Shown in pieces: positions 22,618 to 34,009 of a DNA stretch of 64,000 nt (within the stretch, counting starts at the first letter, position 1; each line of letters opens with the position of its first letter). The notes beneath the pieces were generated by a model. The model did not search any database. It saw nothing but the letters and a program-made list of their open reading frames with translations, and was not told the DNA's origin. This DNA is from Mustelus asterias. Its lineage: Eukaryota. A program made the translations under genes and the position numbers. The stretch spans positions 74,090,001-74,154,000 of the forward strand of contig NC_135805.1 of assembly GCF_964213995.1 (NCBI RefSeq). Reading direction: 5' to 3'.

Positions 22618-23099
22618 TATTCTGAGAAGACTGCTATGCACCAGCCATAAAAATCAGCTTCCCCCATGTCTCCCAACCATTCATCGGATCCAGCACCACT
22701 AAACTGTTCTCTTCACCAGTTACAGATTATGTATTATTTCTGCCTAGCTGGTGCATCGTATCTTAACTGTGTATTTTTAAAACTGCTTTTAAATCACCTA
22801 TGATTATGACTTCCTTTTGGGTAATCTATGACCCCCAAACCCCCAAACCAAATCTTGCACTGATACTATCCTGTTCCCGAATGGATCATTATTAATTTTA
22901 TTAACACAAAACATTTTAATGTTACAATAGTCTAAAAAGCATAGAAGTAGCTAACCAACACAAATTGTATTAAAAGTCTTGCACTAAGCAACTAAAGTTG
23001 ACATTGTTCAACAATGATTCCCTCCAGGAGTCTTTGTTGCTAAAAGAAAACATTGCTTCTTCCACTTTATATCTACAAGAAACCCAATGTCCATATGCA

Positions 23100-23400
23100 T
23101 CAGCCATCAGCAGCCTCCAATCCACCATCGGTCGCAGCAGCCAGGGCCTCCTAAAGGCCCTCCAGGAAGCTTGACTCCCATGCCATCCATACTGGGATCC
23201 TCATTTTGATGATTTTTGATGCAATCTTGTCTGTGGTGTGAAGGGACAGTCCTTCCTGAAGGGTAAAGCTGTGTATTGTGCAACAAGCCATGGCAATTTG
23301 ACACTTTAACTTGAATACTGTGAAGCGCCCCTGACCAGTCCATTTCCAGAAATGTGATTTCAGCCCTTGGATTGTCCTCTTGTCATGTCATTTGCATTTA
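23100..23400 (-). mobile_element. PIF/Harbinger transposase C-terminal remnant
   Basis: ORF 23107..23343(-) DWSGALHS..KVSN...LLHN resembles the HARBI1-type LDRSGGALQY.P.KV...CC.LHN motif. Confidence 0.5.
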
Positions 23401-24326
23401 AGCAGGATTTTGAAAGATCACTTCAATCTTCCTAAAAAGAATGTTTCATACTGAAACCTCAGAAAAGTCAGAACGTCAAAGAAGTCAATCTTGTTAAAAA
23501 AAACCTAGCCCACCCTCTCACTGATCCTTGCCTTCACCACATCTCCCGCTCCCCAACTCTCCTGCTTGCTGCTTCCCTCTTGTGAACCATCACTGTGAGT
23601 GATGATTCTGGATAGGCAGGAATAGGTAGCAGGAGAGGGTGGGTTAGCAAGCAGGAGAGGCCACAGATGGAGAGTGGCAGTGAGACAACTTGTTATAGAG
23701 CAGGAGAGGCCATTCCAAAATGACGCCGATCAGGTTACACGGCCCTAAGTCAGACTTTGAGAAGCAACTTTAAAACAAAACTTGCGACACTAAATGAGAA
23801 TACAGGTCCCATCAACTGATTGATGTTCAAGCAACACAGTGTAAAATGGGGCAAAGTTAAATAAGGACTTAGTCAACAACCTTCTCTTGAAATGAAAGGT
23901 GGAGACTTAAATACTTAACCACAAAGAAATAAGACACAGTGGTGAGGCAATTGGCTGAATAAATGACTGCAGTCAATTCAACAAATGGGCTTTCTGGGAA
24001 CACACAATGGAGAAAGAAAAAATATTCAGATGGGGAGATTACCAATATGGACAGAATTTTATCAAAGATTCCTTTTAAATCAAATTCAGGTGACTATGGA
24101 CACCAACCAAGATAAGATTTTAGGGTTGACCAAGTTAATAAAACTTTTCCTGTGGATTTTTAATGTGGATTAAAGTTGAAATAGGGATTAACATGTCCGC
24201 ACCCCCCGCCGCCCCCATCCTGTGAATGTCACAAATAAGTGTGGAAGGTAGTTCTTGGTAGCATCATGATTATGTAAAAGCTTTTTCCTTATCGTGGTTT
24301 GTGAGCTAACAATTTGTGTGTGGAAA

Positions 24327-25060
24327 TGTAGCACCATTCTAATTTATGAATAGTTCAATTTTTAAAAAACAGACAAACTTTAGTTTTAAACAAGACTAAA
24401 GGCCAGTTTATTGCAAAAACTGCTGCTGAAAGTTACTTCGGTAAAAGTGATAAAGTTTTTAACTACATACAGATACAAAGATTAAAAATAGATAAAGGAA
24501 AAGGATACTCAAAGATGAAATTTCAAATCTGTGAGATATTTTTACGGGCCGTTTGCTTGAATTCCTTCTTTGCGAAGAGAAGGGGTCAAAACTCAAAGTT
24601 TGGTTGAACAGCTGTGATGGCTTTCATAGTTGAAGTTTGCCTTGCGGGTGTACTCAACTAGCAGAGCAAGTACTGGAAGTCATGAGTACTGTACTGCCCT
24701 TAGTAGCCTCATGCAGCAGTCTGACAGCTGTTTCTCAGTCTCTTCCTGTTGAACAGCAGTTTCTATTTCAAGGTATCTTTTTCATGATGTTCAAGATGGT
24801 TCTCCCTTTATTGGTGGAAAAGTGAAGTTAAGGCAAGTGATCAGCTATGATCATATCAAATTGTGGAGCATGTTAAAGGGGCCATGGAGTCTAATTCTGC
24901 TCAAGATTGTGATAACAAACTTTGGGCTAGACAGATGAAGAGTAGGAAAAAAAGTATTCGGAAGAGGGGAACTGTACCAACATAAGAGATTAACGTTAAA
25001 AAGGAGAAAGACATGATTCCAAAGATATTTCATAAAGAAAGTGACTTTGGAAAGCCCAGG
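24327..25060 (-). repeat. Possible LTR-like sequence
   Basis: Ends ...ggtgctaca on -, with AATAAA ~80 nt before that end (tttatt at ~24407); other boundary unresolved. Confidence 0.3.
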
Positions 25061-25065
25061 AACAT

Positions 25066-25383
25066 TTTTATTTATTTGTCACAAATAAGGCTTACATTAA
25101 CACTGCAATAAAGTTACTGTGAAATTCCCCTAGTCGCCACAGTCCAGCACCTGTTTGGGTCAATGCACCTAACCAGCATGTTTTTCAGAATGTGGAAGGA
25201 AACCGGAGCACCCGGAGGAAACCCATGCAGAAATGGGGAGAACGTGCAAACTCCACACAGTGACCCAAGCCAGGAATCGAACCTGGTACTGGTGCTGTGA
25301 AGCAGCAGTACTAACCACTGTGCTACCGGAACCTGGTACTGGTGCTGTGAAGCAGCAGTACTAACCACTGTGCTACCGTGCCC
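25066..25383 (-). mobile_element. HE1-like SINE with alternative (non-CR1) tail and 50-bp tandem duplication in the head
   Basis: Head gggcacggtagcacagtgg; perfect duplication 25279-25328 / 25329-25378; tail ...gcagtgttaatgtaagccttatttgtgacaaataaataaa. Confidence 0.88.
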
Positions 25384-25393
25384 TAAAGATCAT

Positions 25394-25466
25394 TGCCCGA
25401 ACAGGGACTTGAACCCTAGACCCTCAGATTAAAAGTCTGATGCTCTATCGACTGAGCTATTTGGGG
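25394..25466 (-). pseudogene. tRNA-Lys(TTT) copy, probably a pseudogene
   Basis: CCCCAAATAGCTCAGTCGATAGAGCATCAGACTTTTAATCTGAGGGTCTAGGGTTCAAGTCCCTGTTCGGGCA; 6 differences from canonical, two acceptor-stem mismatches, D-loop GG changed to GA. Confidence 0.9.
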
Positions 25467-25944
25467 AAACTTGTTAAACTTTAAGAAAAAAAATCATGTT
25501 TCTCTACTTTCAAGTAGTTAGGGCTAAATTATCCAATTGTATTGAATCACATTGTCTGATAAGAAATGGATCCTCTGTAGATTTGAGTACATGGCTGGCC
25601 ATCTGGATAGGTAAATAACCCAAAGTCTCTTAAAGGTACAATGGAGTTTTTGCAATCCTGAGAAACTATACCAATGTGACAGATAGTTAATGATTTACAG
25701 TAGCCACACTAAGCAACATAAAAGATTTATCTCTCTGAGTTAACAAAAGAGTTATAACACCAGAAGTCGTTTGATTTAACGACCTTTAAAACCAATACAC
25801 AGTTTATTGATGCAGGTTTAAAACCTCTTGTTTACATATGAATAAAGATTCCATATTTGTTCATTTTGAAATAGCAAAGCTATATTCTGGGAAAGAAACT
25901 GATATGGAAGCATTAATTGGAGACTAATTTTGTGATTTAAAACA

Positions 25945-26155
25945 ACCTGGCAGGGGTGAAACCATGATCACGTGGCAGGGGTGTGCTTCTCAGTCTTTTG
26001 GCTAAGATCAAATGTCAGATCAAACCCAAGATGGGGTGCAATGCCTTTTCTTGTCAGCTTGGATCTTGTATGTCTCTCTGCGAGGACAATGAATTGGATT
26101 CAATTTGAATCTGGTTTTTGGAGCAAGCAAGGAGATAGGTTTGGGTTTGCCCTGT
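25945..26155 (+). pseudogene. Chimeric U1/U2 snRNA-derived sequence
   Basis: 25945-25972 = U1 nt 7-34 (26/28); 25973-25983 repeats tggcaggggtg; 25985-26015 = U2 nt 4-34 (28/31); 26028-26155 is a diverged U2 body (cgaggacaat; tggtttttggagca Sm region). Confidence 0.85.
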
Positions 26156-26529
26156 GTGCTCTGCTCTTTGGCTTTGTAACTTTAAGAATGGAGTAAAATT
26201 AAGAAATGAAAACAACCTGCGCTTGATATGGAAAGCTTCATTAGAGAGGATCACTTTGATATTAACTAGAGGGGGCCACATTAATAAGAGGTAAAATTTG
26301 GTCCTATTGGTTTAATTGTAATGCAACTAATGCGGCCTTTAACTGAATTGTACATGCCAGTGCAAAACAGAATCAGTTTATATAATTCCATCTGAAGGAT
26401 ATGTGATAGAAAGATCAATCAGGCAGTGGAAGGAAAACAATCAATATTGTAAACTGTGTAAGGTATTTCAAAAGAAATTGAGCTGAAAGTTGAAATAGGG
26501 GGCATATTTTCAATAAATTTGACCAAATG

Positions 26530-26680
26530 GCAACAGCAGATTAAAACTGCTGGTGCTTAGAGGCAGATTGTCAAAGGAAACAACTAAAGGAAATGTTTCA
26601 GGAATTTGCAGATCTTTTTGGCAAAGATGTATATGATTGTGGTAAAACCAACCACAAGAGAATAAAATGCCTCCTGATCT
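26530..26680 (+). pseudogene. LTR-retroelement (Gypsy/retroviral) pol remnant just upstream of RT
   Basis: QRKQLKEMFQEFADLFGKDVYDCGKTNHKRIK matches the L..L..EF.D.F.K...DCG.T pre-RT pattern. Confidence 0.55.
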
Positions 26681-26710
26681 GAAACAAAAAGAATGAAGTC
26701 TGTGCAACAG

Positions 26711-27488
26711 TATAAATGCGAAGTGATGCATTTCGGTAGATCTAACGTAAGGGGGAGCTATACAATAAATGGCAGAACCATCAGGAGTATAGACACACAG
26801 AGGGACCTGGATGTACAAGTCCACAGATCCTTAAAGGTGGCAGCACAGGTGGAGAGGGTGGTGAAGAAGGCATATGGCATGCTTGCCTTTATTGGACGGG
26901 GCATAGAATATAAAAGTTGGCATATGAGGTTGCAGCTGTATAGAACGATGGTTAGGCCACATTTGGAATACTGCATCTAGTTCTGGTAGCCTACCAGAAG
27001 GACGTGGAGGCTTTGGAGAGAGTACAGAAAAGGTTTACCAGGATGTTGCCTGGTATGGAGGGTCTTAGCTATGAGGAGAGATTGGGTAAACTGGGGTTGT
27101 TCTCCCTGGAAAGGCGGAGGATGAGGGGCAACCTAATAGAGGTGTATAAAATTATGAAGGGTATAGATAAGGTGAACAGTGGGAAGCTTTTTCCCAGGTC
27201 GGAGGTGACGAACACAAGGGGTCACGGGTTCAAGGTGAGGGGGGCAAGGTTCAACACAGATGTCAGGGGGACGTATTTTACACAGAGGGTGGTGGGGGCC
27301 TGGAATGCACTGCCAAGCAAGGTGATTGAGGCGGACACGCTGGGATTATTTAAGACTTACCTAGATAGCCACATGAACAGACTGGGAATCGAGGGATACA
27401 AACGAATGGTCTAGTTGGGCACATGAGCGGCGCAGGCTTGGAGGGCCGAAGGGCCTGTTCCTGTGCTGTATTGTTCTTTGTTCTTTGT
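26711..27488 (+). mobile_element. 5'-truncated CR1 LINE, closely related to the 3206-6428 element
   Basis: ORFs 26693..26980 and 27004..27414; (ttctttg)n tail. Confidence 0.93.
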
Positions 27489-27809
27489 TTGTACAGAATG
27501 GCTTTCAGATTTATGCAAACTATGTCAAGAATGCTGATGAAAAAAGCAGGGCCGAGTTTATTGAATTATTTTGGAAGAAGGAGAAAAGGAATATATATTG
27601 ACTGTACATAATTGAAAAGAAGAAAAACATATTGACCTTTTAAATGGAACAAAGGATGAGAGGGCTTCATTGGCAGCTGCTCCTGAGTCAAGTGTGTTAC
27701 AATCAATTCCACTGAAACAAAAGAGGCTGACCACAGCTCTTCAGATAGAGAGGTGCCATTTCAAAAGCTGTGAAAGATTTTCTGGCTTCAACAATTCATG
27801 GGGAACAGC

Positions 27810-29680
27810 ATTCCTCTGGGCTCTCCTTTCCTTCCACTCATTTTTGACTCAACTGTGGTTCCAATCTCACCCCTGACTTGTATTCACAATATCCTCCAAC
27901 TTTTCCTCTCTCTGACCCTGAATGATCTGTCCTTAGCAAAGACTCAACTTCTTCCCCTTCCACCCCCACTTCAATGAATTTCATGCTTGGCACCAGCCTG
28001 AGCCCTTCTTCTACTGCCTTCACCTCCGCATCCACTTTGTTCACCGGGATCCTTCCCCAAGCTCAGTGGACCCTTCCACCCATCTAAATTAATTTCCCTC
28101 CACCTGGACTCCTCCTTCTTACCCTCTCGATCTTTTCATTGAAAACGGCCAGCGTGACATTGGCTGTCTCAATTTCTCTGTTTCCTCACTTACTCTAACG
28201 TGTCTCCCTCTGAACTGGCTGTGCACTGTTCACTCAGGCCCTTAACATTGTGATCAAACATGCTGACAAGGAAGGTCTTGTTTTCTGGTGAACTGATATC
28301 TACTGGACAGAAGTGAAACGCCAACACTCCAATAATTCCTCCTATCTAACACAAAGCATGACCCTACTCCTGAAATCAAGCAATTCTTTCCAGGACTGTC
28401 ATTGATCTTATCACCTCTGGAGAACTTTCCTCCATGGTCTGCAACCTTGAAGTCCCTCAACCCCAAAGAACCCACTTCGACTTGCTTCTCAAATTCCAAT
28501 AGGAGAACTGCCCTCATATACCCATGTTTCAGCCTATACCTGCCCAGTGAGCTGATTTCCTTCCCTTGCAACTCCATTTTATTCTCTCCTTGTCCAATTT
28601 CTTCCCACACATTTCCATGATTCTTCTCATGCCCTCCTTGACTTTAACAATTTCCAATTTCCTAGCTCTAACCATTTCCTGTTCACCATGGACATCCAAT
28701 CTCTCTGCAACTCCATCCCCCATCAGGACAGTCTGAGAGCTCCCCATTTGTTCCTTGAAAAGAGGTCCAACAGGTCCCCATCCACCATCGCCTTCCTTCA
28801 CTAAGTTGACCTTGTTCTCATATTGAACAATTTCTTCTTAAACTCCACTCAACCGCATGGGTCCCAGATGTGCCTGTCTTTTTGTGGGATGTGTGGAACA
28901 TCCTTTGTTCCAATTCTACTTATGTCCCCTTCCTCACCTGTTTTTCTGTACATTGGTGACTATTGGTGCCATTTTCTGCTCTCGCCCTGAACTGAAAAAT
29001 ATCAGATACTTTGCTTCCTATTTCTGCCCTTCTCTCACCTTCTCCAACACTTTCCTTCATTGACTTCTCTATCTCAATTTTGGTGGATAAGCTATAATAT
29101 ATCACTATGTGCCATCACAGCTACCTTGATTACACTTCCTCACACCCTACTTCCTGCAGGGACTCTATTTCACTCCTCAATTTCTCCAACTTCATTGCAG
29201 CTGTATGGATAATGCAAACTTTCATACTGGCACTTACGATATGTCTTCTTTTTTCCTCAACCGAGGACTGCACCATGGTTGGCAAGTCCCTTGACCATGT
29301 CCATTCTATTTCATGAACTTTTGCTCCCACCACTTCCCCTTCCTCCCAGAACCAGACTAGGGTGCCCCTAGTCTTCACCTTCCACCCCACCAGCCTCCTG
29401 TTAACAGATCATTCCCTGCCATTTACACCTCCTCCAGCATGATGTCACCACCAAATATGTCTTCCCATCCTCTTTCAGCATTCTGGAGGGATCGTTCCCT
29501 TTGAGATACCCTAGTCCATCCCTTAGTCACCCCTAACATTCTCTTTCCTACAGCACCTTTCCACTTAAGCGCAGGAGACACAACATCTGTCCTTTTACCT
29601 CCTCCCTTCTCATGGTTTAAGGCTCCAAAACTCCTTCCAAGTTAAACAGCAATTTATTTATATTTCCATTAAATAATCTC
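27810..29680 (+). mobile_element. Decayed Penelope-like element RT region
   Basis: MDIQSL..SIPHQD (~28687), MGP..ACLFVG.VE (28857), HSYLDYTSSHP.SC.DSI (~29116), PLVFTFHP (~29365). Confidence 0.8.
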
Positions 29681-29689
29681 CCTGCTGTG

Positions 29690-30820
29690 TATTGCTGAAA
29701 AAGTACTTTCAGGATTCTGGCAAAACAGTTTGGTACTGCATCTCAAACAGGACCTTCTACTAGAGAATCAAAAGGTCTGGGTATGGTTGACATAATGTTT
29801 GCTGTGCATCAGCTCCAGGCGAAATGGCAAGAGCAGAACTGATATTTGTACTCAACGTTTCTTGACTGGACTACAGGCTTTGACAGTCAGTCATGAGGGC
29901 ACATGGGAGATCGTGGCAAAGTTTGGCTTTCCAGAAAAGTTGATTACTATGGCACAGCAATTCCATGCCAGTCTTCTTGCTCATGTTCTGGATGGTGGAG
30001 AGTCTCCTGACACCTTGCCAGTCATAAATGGAGTGAAACCAGGCTCCTCCCTTGTTCAACATGTTTTGTGCCATGCTTTCTGAAACATTCTGTGTTAGTG
30101 AAAGTGGCATCCACATTAGACATTGCAGCAGGTAGCAGAGTCTTCAATTTGAGGAGACCATCACAGGGCATGAAGATGTGGTTCAGGACTTTCTTTTCTC
30201 TGATGACTGTGCTCTAAATGCATAGTCAGAACAAGAAATGCAACATAGCATGGACTCATCTACATGTGATAACTTTGGTCTCACCATCAGAATTAAAAAG
30301 GCTGATATTCTGTACCTACCTGCCCAAGATTGATGTGAAATCAACAGTTTCTCTCAATGGTCAAAGGCTTGAAACTGTTGACATATTTACCTACCTTAGC
30401 TGCAACCCCTCCAAAATTGTTCACATTGACAGCCAAAATAACTCAGGTCAGTGTTGCCTTTGTTAAGCTACAAAAAACTGTCTGTTGGGGAAGAGCGATT
30501 CGTCTATCAACAAAAATGAAGGCATAAAGAGCAATTGTCCTTGCTTTCCTGTGGATGCTTGTGAGATGTGGTCAGTTACTCTAGGCACATATACGAGCTA
30601 CACTACTTCCACAAGACCTATTTGTGAAGACTACTCAAGATCAGATGGCAAAACAACAGTTTCGCTCCCTGACTGACATGCCTAGCATCCATACTTTGCT
30701 GAAGAGATTTCAGATAGGGTAAGACATGATGCCAGATTGCTTGTTTAGCACTGGCCAAAATAGCTCTGTTACGGAAAACTAATTGAAGCGACATATTCAC
30801 ATGGAGGCTAGAAAAAAGGG
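29690..30820 (+). mobile_element. Decayed RTE-clade LINE
   Basis: ORF 29799..30083 TVSHEGTWEIVAKFGFPEKLITMAQQFH...INGVKPG; FLFSDDCAL at ~30190. Confidence 0.8.
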
Positions 30821-31381
30821 ACCAATAATAGATGGGTGTCCAAATGCAACAAATTTTCATGCTCAAATTCACTGAATGTTTACAGGGCAGAAGGAGGCCA
30901 TTTGGCCCTTAAAGTTGGACTGGTTCCTGAAAGAGCTGTCTACCTAGTCCCACTTCCCTGCCTTATCCCTGCAACCATGCACATTCTTGGAACTTGAAAT
31001 TAGACTGATTAATCATATTTGAAGACATTGCAGCTGAAACAACATGGAATTCTCAATGATGTCATGCAATTCAGGATCCAGCCATTCACATTTCCTCTGG
31101 ACTCCTGTGGTCTAAATCACATTTCCTCGCCATCGTTTTTCATTTGGTCTGGAGAAATTCAGGAGCATTGCTGAGAAGGGGAATGTTGGGGAAAAGGTTA
31201 GGAACTCCAAAGTATGGGGGTGGGGTGGAGAGAAATAAGAGGAATGAGCAGAGGGAATATAAACAAAATGGTACAATCGTAAAAGAAATGCACGAACAGA
31301 AGGTTGTTCAGTTGTATGTAAGAAAGTTTCTGATGGTGGCAAGAAGAGAAGGTTGCTGAAAGATGCGCAGGGTCCTTAGAA

Positions 31382-31672
31382 GAATAGAATCCCTATAGTG
31401 CAGGAGAGGCCATTTGGCCCATCGATTCTGCACCGACTCTCTGAACGACCATCCCACCCAGGCCCTCCTCTCTGTCCTATCCCCATGACTCCACACATTT
31501 ACCAATCCACCCAACCTACACATTTCCAAAGATGTGTAGGTTAGGTGGATTAGCCATCTGTAAACACTAAAGGGCAATTTAGCATGGCCAATCCACCTAA
31601 CCTGCACATCTTTGGACTGTGGGAGGAAACCTGAGCACCCGGAGGAAACCCACACAGACACGGGAGAATGTG
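31382..31672 (-). mobile_element. HE1-type SINE, 5'-truncated, with an internal inverted segment
   Basis: V-domain and CR1-type tail; inverted 32-bp piece at ~31526-31557. Confidence 0.8.
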
Positions 31673-33737
31673 CATTGGCTTTGATATTAGAAACATGGGT
31701 GGATTTAACCGGAACTGCAATCTTTGGCCCTCCCCTCTTTCCCTCCCTCCCCTCCGGATAAAATGTTGAGGGTTCCGGACACAGCAATTTAATGTGGGGA
31801 GCATGCAGCGTTAATGTTCTAAGATGAGATTTGCACCTCTTTCTCAGGTGGAACCTTGTTGATTAGCCAGCAGCTCTCTAATCCCAGCAGTGCCAGACAG
31901 GAGCAGTGGCTACTGCTGGGACTACAAGTAGTCACATCATGCCATGGAGCCTAACTAGGTCTGGGGTCAGGGTCTCAGCCAAGGAGACAAAGTGAGATAC
32001 TGGAAGGAGGGTTGAGTGGAGGAATGATGTTGTGAACGTCCCATGGGCCCAGGCAACCTGTCATGCAGGCTCCCCCCCTCTTGCATGACACCAGCCCATA
32101 CAGCTAAAGCTGCTGGGCTCCCCAAATGGCATAGTCCCACCCCCACTGTGGTTAAAATACCAGTGGGGGAGCCCAAGATGAGCGGGACTGTCAATGCTGC
32201 ATCCGCCGCCACCCATAAAACGTTAGATGTCAGAGATGGGTTGGTGGCTGGAAGGCCACCTGGTGGATTTTACATGTGCCCCACCTTCAAGTCCACTGGT
32301 GGGGCCACAGCCCATAGCCCAAAGTGTACAAAAGCAAGACATTGTACAAATCTTTACAGACACTGGTTAGATTTCAACTGGGATACTTTTGATAACTCTG
32401 GGCATCACACTTTAAGAGGGATGTCATGGCCTTAGATAGGATGATTAGATAGAGAAATTTACTGGAATGCTACCAAGAAGACTTCAGTTGCATGGAGGCT
32501 TCAGAGAAACTGAAGCGGTTCCCTTTGAAAAAAATAGTGCATTATGTGTTCTTACCAACATGCACTACTTAAATTTACTTGTTATGTGCTAGATTCCTAT
32601 TCCCATGTGCGGGAATGGTGCTAAGGAATGAAGGGCTTCAGTTATGTGGATAGAGGGAAGAAGCCATTGCTCTCTTTACAGAAGCGAAGGTTGGGCGATT
32701 CGCCAGAAATGTTTGTGGGGCCCAAACAGAGAAGTCTCTTTGAAAGCCGTCATGTTCACACCCTAAGCTTGAGAACTTACCTGACAATGACATTTGTTGG
32801 GTGTATCTTGTCTTGCAAGGGAACCAATCAGAAATCTAGCATGACCCATTTGCGATGCAAATAAATGCAGCCCAACGAAGTGCACATAGCTGAGAAGAAA
32901 TTGCCATAGCAACAAAAACATGCCCATATCTGTTGGAGGATATTTGAATATCTGTTTACTACTGTACATTGAAGATCCTGAGTGGAAAATTGTTTAAAGT
33001 TTATTTATTCGTGTCACAAGTAAGCTTACATTAACATTGCAAAGAAGTTACTGTGAAAATTCTCCAGTTGCATCTAACAAGATGTGTTAATCAATCTTGA
33101 GTTGTGTTTGTAGGAATCCATTGTTGATAAGCCACCGCCTTAGAGATGTGGCCCTATGTTAAAAATGTATTGAAAAAATGTTAAAAATGTGTGCTTAAAA
33201 ATGTTACAAATGTGTTTTAAAGCCAGGAAGAATTCATAAGAGAAAGAGACACAGCTTTATCATGAATGCTCCAAACTTGCCTTTCACGTTTTGGTGGTGC
33301 CACCTCAGCTCATATCTCCCATATCTCTCGTGCTTATGCAGATTTACAGGTTGCCTTTGAAGCAGATTTGGCTTCAAGAGAAAGCTATGCTGCACTACAA
33401 CAATATCCATCAACATACTTTGAATATTCCCAACAAGTTTGAGCCATTCATGAGCATATAACTTTGACAAAGCATTAGTCAAAGTTAGACATTTGACTTT
33501 TAAAAGGTTAAGTATGTTGCCAATTCAAAAAGTGTTGCCGTTGAAGCAATTCTTATTAATGCATAAAATCTAACATTTATTTAAATTCTAAATCAATTCT
33601 CTAGTTTATTAATAATAAATAGTTTTATTTATATAGTCATGGTTTGTGCTTGAAGTTTTGCCAGGAAAGAGAATCCATTAAGCTCAAAAGTAAAGTTAAA
33701 TCTTGAGAAAATTAGAGGGCAATTCCTCAAATTAAAC

Positions 33738-33920
33738 TCCAAAGATGTGCGAGTTAGGTTGATTGGCATGATAAATTGCCCCTTAGTGTTCCGAGGTGCG
33801 TAGGTTAGATGGATTGGCGGGGTAAATGTGTGAGGTGACAGGGATAGGGCCTGGGTGGGATTGTTGTCAGTGCAGACTAAATGGGCCAAATGGCCTCCTT
33901 CTGCACTGTAGGGATTCTAT
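33738..33920 (+). mobile_element. HE1-type SINE 3' half
   Basis: tccaaagatgtgcgagttaggttgattggc...ggcctccttctgcactgtagggattcta. Confidence 0.85.
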
Positions 33921-34009
33921 TCTAAAGTTCATAATCAGGTACCTGTTTTTGCTCCTACAAAGGGTTTTATGACCCATGGAGGAAAAAGGCTGAGAAATTA
34001 ATTTAAAAC

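Noticed and set aside
25394-25408. Lentivirus-like PBS as evidence of HIV-related sequence
   Set aside because: It is simply the 3' end of a tRNA-Lys(TTT) copy, and the TGG complement of CCA is absent
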